A stretch of DNA of 64,000 nt from Chiloscyllium plagiosum (lineage: Eukaryota), in NCBI RefSeq assembly GCF_004010195.1, contig NC_057749.1, positions 26,138,902 through 26,202,901 of the forward strand. The letters are read 5' to 3'. Within the stretch, counting starts at the first letter, position 1. The number at the start of each line of letters is the position of its first letter. A model generated the notes under the pieces. That model did not search any database, had not been told where the DNA came from, and saw nothing but the letters and a program-made list of their open reading frames with translations. Shown piece by piece: positions 1-10,389 of the stretch. A program made the position numbers and the translations under genes.

Positions 1-260
1 CCTGTAATCCTCTAGAGCTGAGCTTGACCCTAGCTTCCTCCACCTTATGTAAGCTACCTTCTTCCTTCTGACAAGAAGCTCCACCGCTCTACTCATCCAA
101 GGTTCCTTTATCTTACCCCTTCTTGCCTGTCTCAGAGGGACATATTTATTCATCACTCACAACAACTGTTCCTTAAACTGTCTCCACATGTCTATAGTGC
201 CTTTACCATGGAACAATTGCTCCCAGTCCATGCTTCCTAACATGTCTAATTGCATCATAG
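1..260 (-). mobile_element. CR1 LINE ORF2 fragment
   Basis: The reverse complement resembles the CR1 region at about 12420-12700 of this window. Decayed. Confidence 0.55.
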
Positions 261-261
261 T

Positions 262-536
262 TTCTAATCTAAAAAGTGAGAAAACAGAATTTTACATGAA
301 TTCATGCAGTACAATGTAACTCTGCAAGTACAAATTCACCCCACAAAATATATGTGTGCATGTGGGTCTTTGTCTGTCTATGTGTGTCTGGGGTGGGGGG
401 GGTTGAGAGTATCTGTGAGAGAGAGTGTATATGTGTGTGCGCACGAGTGTAGAGTGGTCTAAGTCACTGAGAGGATGCCTGTGTGGGTGTGGGAGTGCGT
501 GTGTGCATGTCTCTGTGTATAGCGTGAGAGAGAGAC

Positions 537-573
<37 letters not shown>

Positions 574-1237
574 AAAAAAATGGTGGTCACCTGTAATGTG
601 ACATGAACCCAAGGTCCCGGTTGAGGCCCTCCCTATTGATACTGAACTTAGCTATCAGCCTCTGCTCAGCCACTTTTCGCTGCTGCCTGTCCCGCAGTCC
701 GCCTTGGAGGATGGTCACCCGAAGGTCCGAGGTCAAATGTCCTGGACCACTGAAGTGTTCCCCCAACTGGGAGGGAACACTCCTGTCTGTTGATTGTTGT
801 GCGGTGCCCATTCATCTGTTGTCATAGCCTTTGCTCGGTTTCCCCAAAGTACCATGCCTCAGGGCATCCTTGCCCACAACGTATAAGATAGACAACGTTA
901 GCTGAGTCACATGAGTACCTGCCACTTACAAGGTGGGAGGTGTCCCCACGGGTAATGGCAATATCCACGTCCACACTCTGACAGAGCCGACCGTGACAGG
1001 GTTGTATGGAGTAGTCCTGAGAGCTGGGCAGCTTGCTATGAACAATGATTTGGCAGTTGTTTAAAAGCAAGCAGTGCAGGAGTGGGGAAGGTCTTGGCGA
1101 GGTGCTCATCCTCTTTGATAATGTGTTGCTGGTCACGAAGAACATGGCGAAGAACATGGTGCCCGTTCCGTTCCTCCTCATCTGAGCAGATCTGATGTAC
1201 ATGTAGGGCTTATCCATAGGGGATGGCTGTTTTAATA
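262..1237 (-). mobile_element. Penelope-like element, inverted arm (RT C-terminus, GIY-YIG endonuclease, part of 3' UTR)
   Basis: ORF pieces SCDSANVVYLIRCGQGCPEAWYFGETEQRL and GEHFSGPGH...GLNRDLGF. Reverse complement of about 1416-2563. Confidence 0.9.
534..572 (+). repeat. (GACA)n microsatellite
   Basis: Direct reading; lies within the PLE 3' UTR. Confidence 0.9.
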
Positions 1238-2245
1238 CCCATGTCACTGATAAAACTACACAGTGACATCAACAAGTTTCATCCCACCATCAAACTCACC
1301 ATGGACTACTCTCGACTATCTTCGACATCAAGGATGGACACCTCAGCGCCACACTCTACCGCAAACCTGCAGACAACCTCACAATGCTACACTTCGCCAG
1401 CTTCCACCCAAAACTTATTAAAACAGCCTTCCCCTATGGTCAAGCCCTAGGCGTACACCAGATCTGCTCAGATGAGGAGGAACGGGACGGGCACCTGGAA
1501 GTACTCAGGGATGCCCTCACAAGAACCGGGTACAATGCCCAACTCACCGACCACCAGTTCCGACATGCCACAGCAAGAAACCGTAATGACCTCGTCAGGA
1601 GACAGACACGTGCTGCAACCAACAGGGTACCCCTCATTGTTCAGGAGCTGAAAAACTACGCCATGTTCTTCGTGACCTGCAACACATTATCAATGAGGAT
1701 GAGCACCTCACCAAGATCTTCCCCATTCCTCCACTGCTTGCCTTTAAACAACCACCAAACCACAAATCATTGTTCATAGCAAGTTGCCCGGCTCTCAGGA
1801 CAACTCCATACTGTCACGGTAGGCACTGCAAGACGTGTCAGAGTGTGGACATAGATACCACCATTACACGTGAGGACACCTCCCACCTTGTATGTGGCAG
1901 GTACTCATGTGACTCAGCCAACGTTGTCTATCTTATACGTTGTGGGCAAGGATGCCCTGAGGCCTGGTACATTGGGGAAACCGAGCAAAGGCTATGACAA
2001 CAGATGAATGGGCACCGCACAACAATCAACAGGCAGCAGTGTTCCCTCCCAGTTGGGGAATACTTCAGTGGTCCAGGACATTCGACCTCGGACCTTCGGA
2101 TGACCATCCTCCAAGGCAGACTTCGGAACAGGCAGCAGCGAAATGTGGCCGAGCTGACGCTGATAGCTAAGTTCGGTACCCATAGGGAGGGCCTCAACCG
2201 GGACCTTGGGTTCATGTCACATTACAGGTGCCCACCATTGCACTA

Positions 2246-2264
2246 TACACACACACAGACACTC

Positions 2265-2313
<49 letters not shown>

Positions 2314-2467
2314 GACACTCACACACACCCTTACAGACACACACACACTCCCACACCCACACAGGCAGCCTGAGACTTAGATCACTCTACACTCATGCAC
2401 ACACATGTACACTCTCTCTCACCACCCCAGACACACACAGACAGACAAAGACCCACATGCACACACA
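2246..2467 (+). repeat. (CA)n-rich microsatellite tract
   Basis: Pure (CA)n run at about 2267-2305 with imperfect flanks. Confidence 0.9.
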
Positions 2468-2836
2468 TATTTTGTGGGGTGAATTTGTACTTGCAGAGTT
2501 ACATTGTGCTTTGCTCAAAAACTGCATGAATTCATGTAAAACTGTTTTCTCACTTTTTAGATTAAAATCAATCTAAACATCATGACATAGACAGAGGACA
2601 CACGGGGCTAACACCTTCAACATATTGTCTAGCTAATGCCCATTGTTACAGCAAACCTGAGAATGCAACTTTTAAAAAAAGATTTTGTGATTTACACATG
2701 AAAGAAGTGAAACTTTCATGGTATTTGAACAGATGAACGACTCAACAGACAATCAAGGTATTTTTCAATGTATAATTTCAGTTACATCACACTGTAAATG
2801 TTTAATTCTGTGCCTTAGAATTGTGTCCTCCACTAT

Positions 2837-2871
2837 CACCTGATGAAGGAGCGGCGCTCCGAAAGCTAATG
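2837..2871 (+). ncRNA. Minimal type I hammerhead ribozyme motif (PLE-associated)
   Basis: CTGATGA (2840-2846), stem II GGAGC/GCTCC, then GAAAGCTA with palindromic AGCT. Stem I is weak (cac/atg). Confidence 0.7.
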
Positions 2872-3972
2872 CTTCCAATTAAACCTTTTGGACTATAACC
2901 TGTTGTGTGATTTTTAAACTAGTTCTGAATGTTGATAACGTGCTGCCTTCTTGAACTATTGGGTTCGCAGTTGTCATATCTGCTGCCTAGACCAAAGCTA
3001 GGTGGTCCGTCTGGTTTCAATGCATTCTTTACAACTAAATGACATGGTAAACTATGTTTGAGGATCATTAAGAGTCAACCACATTATTGTGGGCCTTGGG
3101 TCACTTCTAGGCCAGACAGGTAAGAAGAGATCTCTGCTAAAACATAGTGAATCAGATGAGTTTTTATGACAATTGACAATGGTTACACTGTCATGAATGC
3201 CTGGTTAGAAATATAGATTTGGTTGAGAAATAAAAATAACTAGTGAGGTCGAATGCACATGGATATTAAAAGATAAAGATTTATGAATGACACCATAGCA
3301 GCTGGCAGGAAAAAGATATGCCTGAAAGGGGACATGGACATGACACTTATATGCTATTAATTAAATTGGTGTACAGCATAAACAACAAGATATAAAGAAT
3401 TGCTTTATCACTTAAAGGGAGGCCTGAAAAGACATACAGCAACATCCTACTTGGGCATGAAAATGAAATAGCAATTTCAAGAGAAGACAGGAACATTTCA
3501 CTGATAACAATGTCAAAGATCCTTATCATACACCATCAGAAACCAGAATTACCAGAACAACACTCAAAGACAGAAGCAAATAAGAAAGACGAAGAAAGAG
3601 GATTTGAAGAAACAGAGCTATTATAAAAGAGAATCTAAAAGTCTTCAATAGGCATATAAAAGGGTAGTAAAAGGAGTGAAGCTGAATGTGCACCAGAAAG
3701 TGCAGGCAGGAGGACATGCATCTGTCTTTACCAAGGAAGTTGTTGTTGCACAGGTCTTGGTTTAAAAAAAAGAGTTCAGTCACTTGAAAGGTTTAAAATT
3801 GATAAAGGGGACATGTCAAATAAACCTTCTGTAATTAAAGTGGATAAGATAACAGGACTAGATGCGATGCATGCAAGGATATGGAGGATAGTGAGAATGG
3901 AAATTAAGAAGGCACTATAATTTTCTGCACACTTAGGGGTGGTAATGGGACAGATGAATAGCAAATGTTATA

Positions 3973-4170
3973 GGAACAAATTACTGCAGATGCTGGAATC
4001 TGTACTGAAGACAAATGTTGGAGATCACTGCGGGTCAGACAGCATCCATGGAGAGACAGTAAGCTAACATTTCAAATCTGTATGACTCTTCTCTAGACTT
4101 GAAATGTTAGCTTGCTCTCTCTCCATGGATGCTGTCTAACTGGTTGTGATCTCTAGTATTTGTTGTCTTC
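3973..4170 (-). mobile_element. Hairpin PLE-end mini element with a 13-bp TSD
   Basis: TSD agcaaatgttata at 3960-3972 and 4171-4183. Inverted arms about 4005-4075 and 4099-4172, plus an unpaired ~33-nt tail containing ctgcagatgctgga. Confidence 0.85.
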
Positions 4171-4355
4171 AGCAAATGTTATATCTTTGTTCAAAAACAG
4201 TAAAGATAAGCTGACCATCTACAAGCCAGTCAGTTAAACCTCAATGGTGAAGAAGCTTTCATTCAGATCAAAATTACTAGACACTTGGGCAAATGTGGAT
4301 AAATGACGGAAAACTAGCACAGATTATAGGATAGACAATGGCATTGTGGTATTAT

Positions 4356-4495
4356 GTGCTGCTCATTCCTGAAGAAGGGCCTGTGCCCGAAACGTCGAAT
4401 CTCCTGTTCCCTGGATGCTGCCTGACCTGCTGTGCTGTTCCAGCAATAAAGTTTCAACTTTGATCTCCAGCATCTGCAGACCTCACTTTCTCCTC
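4356..4495 (+). mobile_element. 140-bp PLE 3'-end insertion with a 14-bp TSD
   Basis: TSD cattgtggtattat at 4342-4355 and 4496-4509. Ends in ccagcatctgcagacctcactttctcctc. Confidence 0.9.
4365..4400 (+). ncRNA. Intact minimal type I hammerhead ribozyme motif
   Basis: ATTC-CTGAAGA-A-GGGC-ctgt-GCCC-GAAACGTC-GAAT. Stem I ATTC/GAAT, 4-bp stem II, palindromic ACGT in place of helix III, GUC cleavage triplet. Confidence 0.85.
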
Positions 4496-5649
4496 CATTG
4501 TGGTATTATCGCAAGACTGTTAATCCAGAGACCCAGGTACTGTTCCGTGAACCTGGGTTCACAGCAGATGGTGTAATTTGAACCGAGTAAAACCTGGAAG
4601 TAACAGTCTAATGATGATCGTGAATCCATTGTTGATTGTTTGAAAAAATCCACCTGGTTCACTAATGCCCTTTAGGCAAAGAATCTGCCATCCTTGCCTG
4701 ATCTGGCCTACATATGACTGCAGAGCAATATTGCCTCTCGGCAATTAGGGATAAGGAATAAATGCTGGCTTGGCCAAAGACATCCTCAGCCAGTGAATGA
4801 ATAAAAAAAAGGGAAGTCATGTTTAATAAATCTTTTGAGCTTTTTGATAACAGAGGGCTGAAAAAAGACATGTAGTTGATGTTGTTACATGGACTTCAAA
4901 AAGACATTTGATAACATATTGTACGGTAGACTGCAAGATAGAGTTAATGGAATAAAAGAATAGTTAACAACATGAATATGAAATTTGCCAATTGACTAGC
5001 AATGAAGAATAGTGGTGAATGATTGTTATTCTGACTGGAGGAAGGTTTACCACGGAGTTTCCCAGGGGTCACTGTTAAGACCAACAACCCAGACATTTGA
5101 TCACAGGGCCCAATGTTAGACTCAGCAGATGATATAAAAATACTTGGGCATATTGTGAACTGTGAAGAGGGTAGCATGAAATATGAAATGGACATAGACA
5201 GGTTGGTGAAATGACTGGCAAGTAGACAATGAAATTTAATGCAGAAAAGTGTCAAAGCGAATGTTTTTGGGGAAACAAAATGTGGACAGACAATATAAGA
5301 TGAAGAGTATAACTGGAGATGAGGTGTAGGAGCAGAGGAATGTGGGTGCAGAGTGTATAAATCACACTTGATTAAATGATAGACAGAGTTTTTCTTAATA
5401 GGGACAGAGTGTAGAAAAGCAAGGAAATTATATTGAACTTGCACAAAATACTGGTTTGACCTCAACCAGAATGTTGCATCCAGTCTGGGCATTGCACTCG
5501 AGGAAGGATGTGAAGACATTACAAAGAATGCAGAAAATATTTACAAGAACATTTTTTTTGATAAAGAATTTCAGATATGTCAATAGATTATATAGAGTTG
5601 ATATAGTTGTAACTGAATTTCTTGGAACAATGGTTGGAAGGAGATTCTT

Positions 5650-7315
5650 TAAAATTTATTCATGTAATGTGGGCATCACCAGCTGGACCAGCATTTACTG
5701 CCCATTCCTTTATGCCCTTGAGAAGGTACAAGTGAGCTGCTTTCTTGAACTGCTGTAGTCCATTTCTTTTAGGTAGATCCACCATGATGTCAGATAAGGA
5801 GTTCCAGGATTTTGACCTAGTGACACTGAAGGAATGATGATACAGTTCTGACTAAGATTGGAGTGTGCTTTGGAGGGGAACATGCAAGTGGTGATATTCC
5901 ATTGCATCTACTGCACTTGTAATTCTCAACAGTAGTGGTACACACTGGTACTACGGAGTGTCAGTGGTGGAAAGAGTGAACGTTTATGAATGTCAAATGG
6001 AATGCTTTGTCTTGACTGGTATCATGCTTGGGTGTTGCTGGAATTGCACTCATTTGGGCAAATAGGGAGATTTCCATCATGCTCCTGACTTGTGCCTTGC
6101 AGATCATGGATAGGTTTTGGGAAGTCAGTACTCACTTCAGTATTCCTAGCTTCCAACTTGCTCTTATATCCAGATTATTCATAAGGCTAGCCCATTTCAC
6201 TTTCTAGTCAATGCTAATTCCCAAGATGTTGTTAATGGAGCAGTGATAATAATGCCATTGAATGTCAAGGGACAATGGTCAGAATCTCTCTAGCAGTAAA
6301 CAGTTATTATCTACCAGTTGTGTGGTACAAAGGTCACTTGTCACATATTTGCCCAAATCTGGATATTGTTCAGAACTTGGCCATGGACTGCTTCAGTATC
6401 TAAGTAGCTGTAATGGCATTGAATATTATGCAAACATCAGTGAACATTCACATTTCTGACCTTATGATAGAGTGAAAGTCATTGAGGAAGAGCTGAACTC
6501 CAACAACCATAGCCATCTTCTTTTGTGCCAGATATTGCTCCAACCTGAAAGCATATTTTCCCTGGTTCTCTCTGACTCCAGTTTTACTAGGACTCTTTGA
6601 TGGCCTTGATGACCAGAGCAGTCACTCTCATCTCAATCCTCGAATTTAGTTCTTTTGTCCATATTTAAAATATGGCTGTAATCAGCTCAGGGGCTGAATA
6701 GCCCTTGCAGAATCCAAAACTAGTACTGGGTGAGCAGGTTATCGCTAAGCACATGCTGTTTGATAGCATTGTCAATAATACATTCCATCACTTTACTGAT
6801 GATGCTGGATTTGTCCCACATTTTGCATATAGGACATTACTGGGTAATTTTCCACACTGTCACACAGATGCCAGTGTTGTAGCTGTATTGGAACAGCTTG
6901 GGGTACAGCTAGTTCTGGGGAACAGATCTTTAGTGTTATTGGTTGAATATTGCAAGGGGCCACAGTCTTTGCATTATCTAGAGTCCCCAGCTGTTTCTTG
7001 ATAGCAGATGAAGTGAACAGAACCTCTAGAACATGCTGAAATTGATCATCCATTGATGTGTTGTATTCATGGATGATTAAGGATAAGAATATTTTTACAG
7101 TTTCTTCCTCTAGTGAATTGTTTAATTGTCCACTACCACACATAACTGGATAAGGAAGGACTGCAGAGCCTAGATCTGATCCACTGGTTATGGAATTACT
7201 TAGCTTTGTCTTGCTGCTTGGCATTCAGATAATCCTATTTTGCAGCTTCACCAGGTTGACAAAATCACACTTAGGTATGCCTGGTGCAGCACTTAACTTG
7301 CCCTCATGCATTCTT
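5650..7315 (-). mobile_element. Old CR1/L2-like LINE, 3' portion
   Basis: Colinear and similar to 36410-37640 plus 39727-40290. RT-region remnants, many stops. Confidence 0.7.
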
Positions 7316-8727
7316 TATTGATTTAATAGTATTGAAATCATGAGCAGCTGAACGAATAAATAGAGACATTATTCCCATTGGTGGGAACATTGAGAAACAA
7401 AGGACACAGATTTAAAGTCATTAAGCACGAGGAAAATCTTTTTCATGTGATGTTGGCTAAGATCTTGAATACACCGAGAGGCAAGTTCAACTGAGACATT
7501 CAAGGGGTAATTAGATTCATATCTAAAAATGAAGAATTTGCAAAACATTGGGAGGAGATAGGGGAGTGGCATTAATCGCTCAATCAGGTCCAGCACTGAC
7601 AAACAGATCAAATAGTCTCCTGCGCTATGAACATTCTGTTTCTCTGGTCTTTCATACTTATAATTTTCAACAGCCGACAACAACAGAATACTGTGGTCTT
7701 ATTAGCATGAGCAAATTATTAGTGCATCGAACAACGTCAAAGTATCTATAGCCAATGTAATCAATTTATTGCCAATGTAGAAAAGGTGATGACGGTCAGA
7801 TAATAACCTTTTAGCGATAGTGGTTAAGGAATAAATACAAGCAGAAACAAAGCAGAGACCTTATCTTCTACAAGATGGCAACTCAGATTTAACCTCTCCA
7901 ATAATGCAATATTCCTTCAATACTGCAGTTTCTGGATTCTGGATTATGGGCTCAAGCAATAATATGATTCTGGATTATGGGCTCCAGCTTGTGAACTAGG
8001 TCTTGAATCTACAGATGTCTGACTCAAAGAATGCTACTAATGAGCAATCAAAGAATGATTGACTAGCAGAAACCACTCAAAATTTCAATTTAATGACAAC
8101 ATTCTAGCTTTGATCTATTATCTCCCTTGAGACATTCACTATATCTTCAGATATTCAATATTTGCTATATCTTCTATACACTTAAGCAAAGTTTTATGTT
8201 GCTGACTACAGGATATTGAGAATCTAATGTATGGTGCTTAATTTATTTGGACTAAGTTACATCCATAAACAGTTCAAAAATGAAATCATTTTTAAGCGTT
8301 CAATTGAATTTGTGTATGAATTAAATTAATTAGATAAATTAAATTTGAAGTAATAATTCAAATTTGCAAAATAAGTATAAGAAAGGTTCATGGCTGAATT
8401 TTGACTACATTTTCTTTGTGGATGTTTCACTGGAATCAAGTTGGCTGGAGTGGTGTCAGTAGTGGACTCTTGGCACATAGGCCTGTTGCATGGCATCCTG
8501 GAACAGCAGCAGGGCATTAGCTGCAGCAATGGGGAGTAGGGATTCTCGGCTGCAGTAGGCTCGGAGCACGGGTGGTGTCCGGAACGGAAGTTCCTGAGTG
8601 CAGAAGGCCCAGAGCGGGGACCTTGCAGAACTCCAGGAACTTGGTTTGGGACCCCAGCTGATGAACTCTATTTAAATACTTTCTTTTTATTCTTTTGTAC
8701 CTCAAAATGGAGCCGGATTGTGGCGAC

Positions 8728-8816
8728 TGAATGATTTATTGTCACATATGTCTCGGGAGATACACTGAACACTTTTCATTTTATCTCCCTGGATATATGT
8801 GACAATAAATCATTCA
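8728..8816. repeat. 35-bp inverted repeat with a 19-nt loop
   Basis: TGAATGATTTATTGTCACATATGTCTCGGGAGATA versus TATCTCCCTGGATATATGTGACAATAAATCATTCA; three non-Watson-Crick positions. Confidence 0.9.
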
Positions 8817-9902
8817 TTCATTCAGCATTCTCATAACCCTTTACTCCTTAAGCACTCATACAGTAATCCAAAGTGACAAAAAATTATAAGCGTAACTGCA
8901 GCAAATTGGATTTTAAATACTGTGAACTATTTAACACCAATAAAGATCCAAGTATATCATTGGCCATCTAATATTAAAATGTATCATTTAGGTCAATGTA
9001 CTGAATTTCATTGTACTTCTCTTTGACTTCAAGAGTCAAAGTGGGACCTGCAGTATTCACAGGGACTAAACCAAAACTTATAAAAATGTCTTGCAGAGCA
9101 TAATCCATAAAATGTTTTGAAATGCAACAGATTTATAATAAAATCCTGGTTTGTATTTACAAATTCTACTAAACTGTCAATTGAAATCAATTAGCTTTCT
9201 GGTAAATTTACTCAATTCTCATATCCATACAAAATTGACGTTTTGACAGACAAAACTAGGCAATAAGTTACAGGAAACAGGTAATCCAGAATTTGATCAT
9301 AGCAGTAGGTCTTAAGGAGCAACTTAAAAGAAGGAGAGCTAGAAAGACGGAGGTGCTTAGGTACAGAATTCCAGAGCTTTGGGTCTTTGCAAACACCAAC
9401 GAAGTGGCAATTGAAACATCAAAATTGAAACAGAGTTGGCATCAACAAAACTTAAAAATTTGATACCATCTAGGTCAAAGTGGGTTGCTTTATTGGTACT
9501 CGATCAGTGTTCATTCCCTTCACCATCAATACATTGTGGCAACTCACCAAGGTTCTTTCACAGCATCTTGTGTGTCTTTGCCACTTAGAAGGTCAAGGAC
9601 AACTGGCATCCACCCTAATTTTGGAGCTATTTTGCCATTCTTGCACTGTCACTGAACCAAAATCCTGGGATTCCCTTTCTAATAAAATTGCGAGGTTACT
9701 TTCCCCACGCGGATTGCGGTAGTTCAAGGCAGTAGCTCATCACCACATTTTCAAAGTGAATTAGACATGTGCAACCTTCCAGTGATGTCTACATCCCATG
9801 AACAGATCAATTAAAAAGGCATCATATTTAGACATATTACCCTGCAGCTCTACTCAGTACAAAAACTCTCTTTCACAGCTGTCCTATTTAGATACAGTCA
9901 TA

Positions 9903-10056
9903 AGTCACACACCAACAGGTGGAAGTTGAACAGGGTTTATTTGAAATCACAAACTTTCAGAGTGCTGCTCCTTTATCACCTGATGAAGGGTCAAGCGTTC
10001 CAAAATCTTGAGATTTCAAATAAATCTGCTGGACTATAACCTGGTGTCATGTGACT
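9903..10056. mobile_element. Palindromic PLE-end element, same family as the 2835-2920 end
   Basis: Right half cctgatgaagg...aaataaatctgctggactataacctggtgtcatgtgac. The left half is its degenerate reverse complement. Confidence 0.8.
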
Positions 10057-10389
10057 CCAAGATGGAGGACGGGAAAAGATTGTGGCTGCAAAAGCTGCTC
10101 TTTTTTTGAGGTATTTTGGGTGTTGTAGATGACTTCCTCAAAGTCGAGGAGGAACAATAACTATTTTATATGCTGTTGCATTATTTTCAAACTTTGGAGG
10201 ACAAAAAAATCAAAACAATGGCACTTTAAAAAGGAAGACAGACAGACAAAGGCAGCGATCGCATGGTCAGAGAAAAAACCTACACTGCTGTCTGACGCAG
10301 CAGTGAATCTGCAGTTACTGCCTTTGACTTTTTTGTAGAACAGCAAGACGGTTCCATTTTTTGGGTCTGTGCATTGTGAAGGAGCAAAT

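Larger units (their letters stand above)
1241..2920 (+). mobile_element. Penelope-like element, 5'-truncated and decayed (RT thumb, GIY-YIG, CA-rich 3' UTR, hammerhead end)
   Basis: FHPTIKLTMDYS, LHFASFHPKLIKTAFPYGQ...ICS, NVVYLIRC..C.EAWYIGET and GLNRD. Frameshifts and stops are present. Confidence 0.92.
4335..4810 (+). mobile_element. Shark SINE (tRNA-like head, LINE-like tail), hosting the 140-bp insertion
   Basis: Head gactgttaatccagag...ctgggttc and tail aaatgctggc...tgaatgaataaaaaaaa. Related copies at about 27985-28295(-), 33290-33490(-), 42425-42760(+), 55140-55250(+) and 63680-63910(-). Confidence 0.6.
3600..5640 (+). mobile_element. Old decayed CR1 ORF2, interrupted by several insertions
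   Basis: Remnants resembling ANV.PLFK (split at 3960/4171), YMDF.K.FD (about 4887), ADD.K (about 5125) and the C-terminal ...QKIFTR. Confidence 0.7.

Noticed and set aside
2004..2576. 190-aa His/Thr-rich ORF
   Set aside because: PLE endonuclease end reading through a (CA)n microsatellite.
7935..7988. Short ~22-bp local duplication (attctggattatgggctc)
   Set aside because: Ordinary slippage-type duplication with no further structure.
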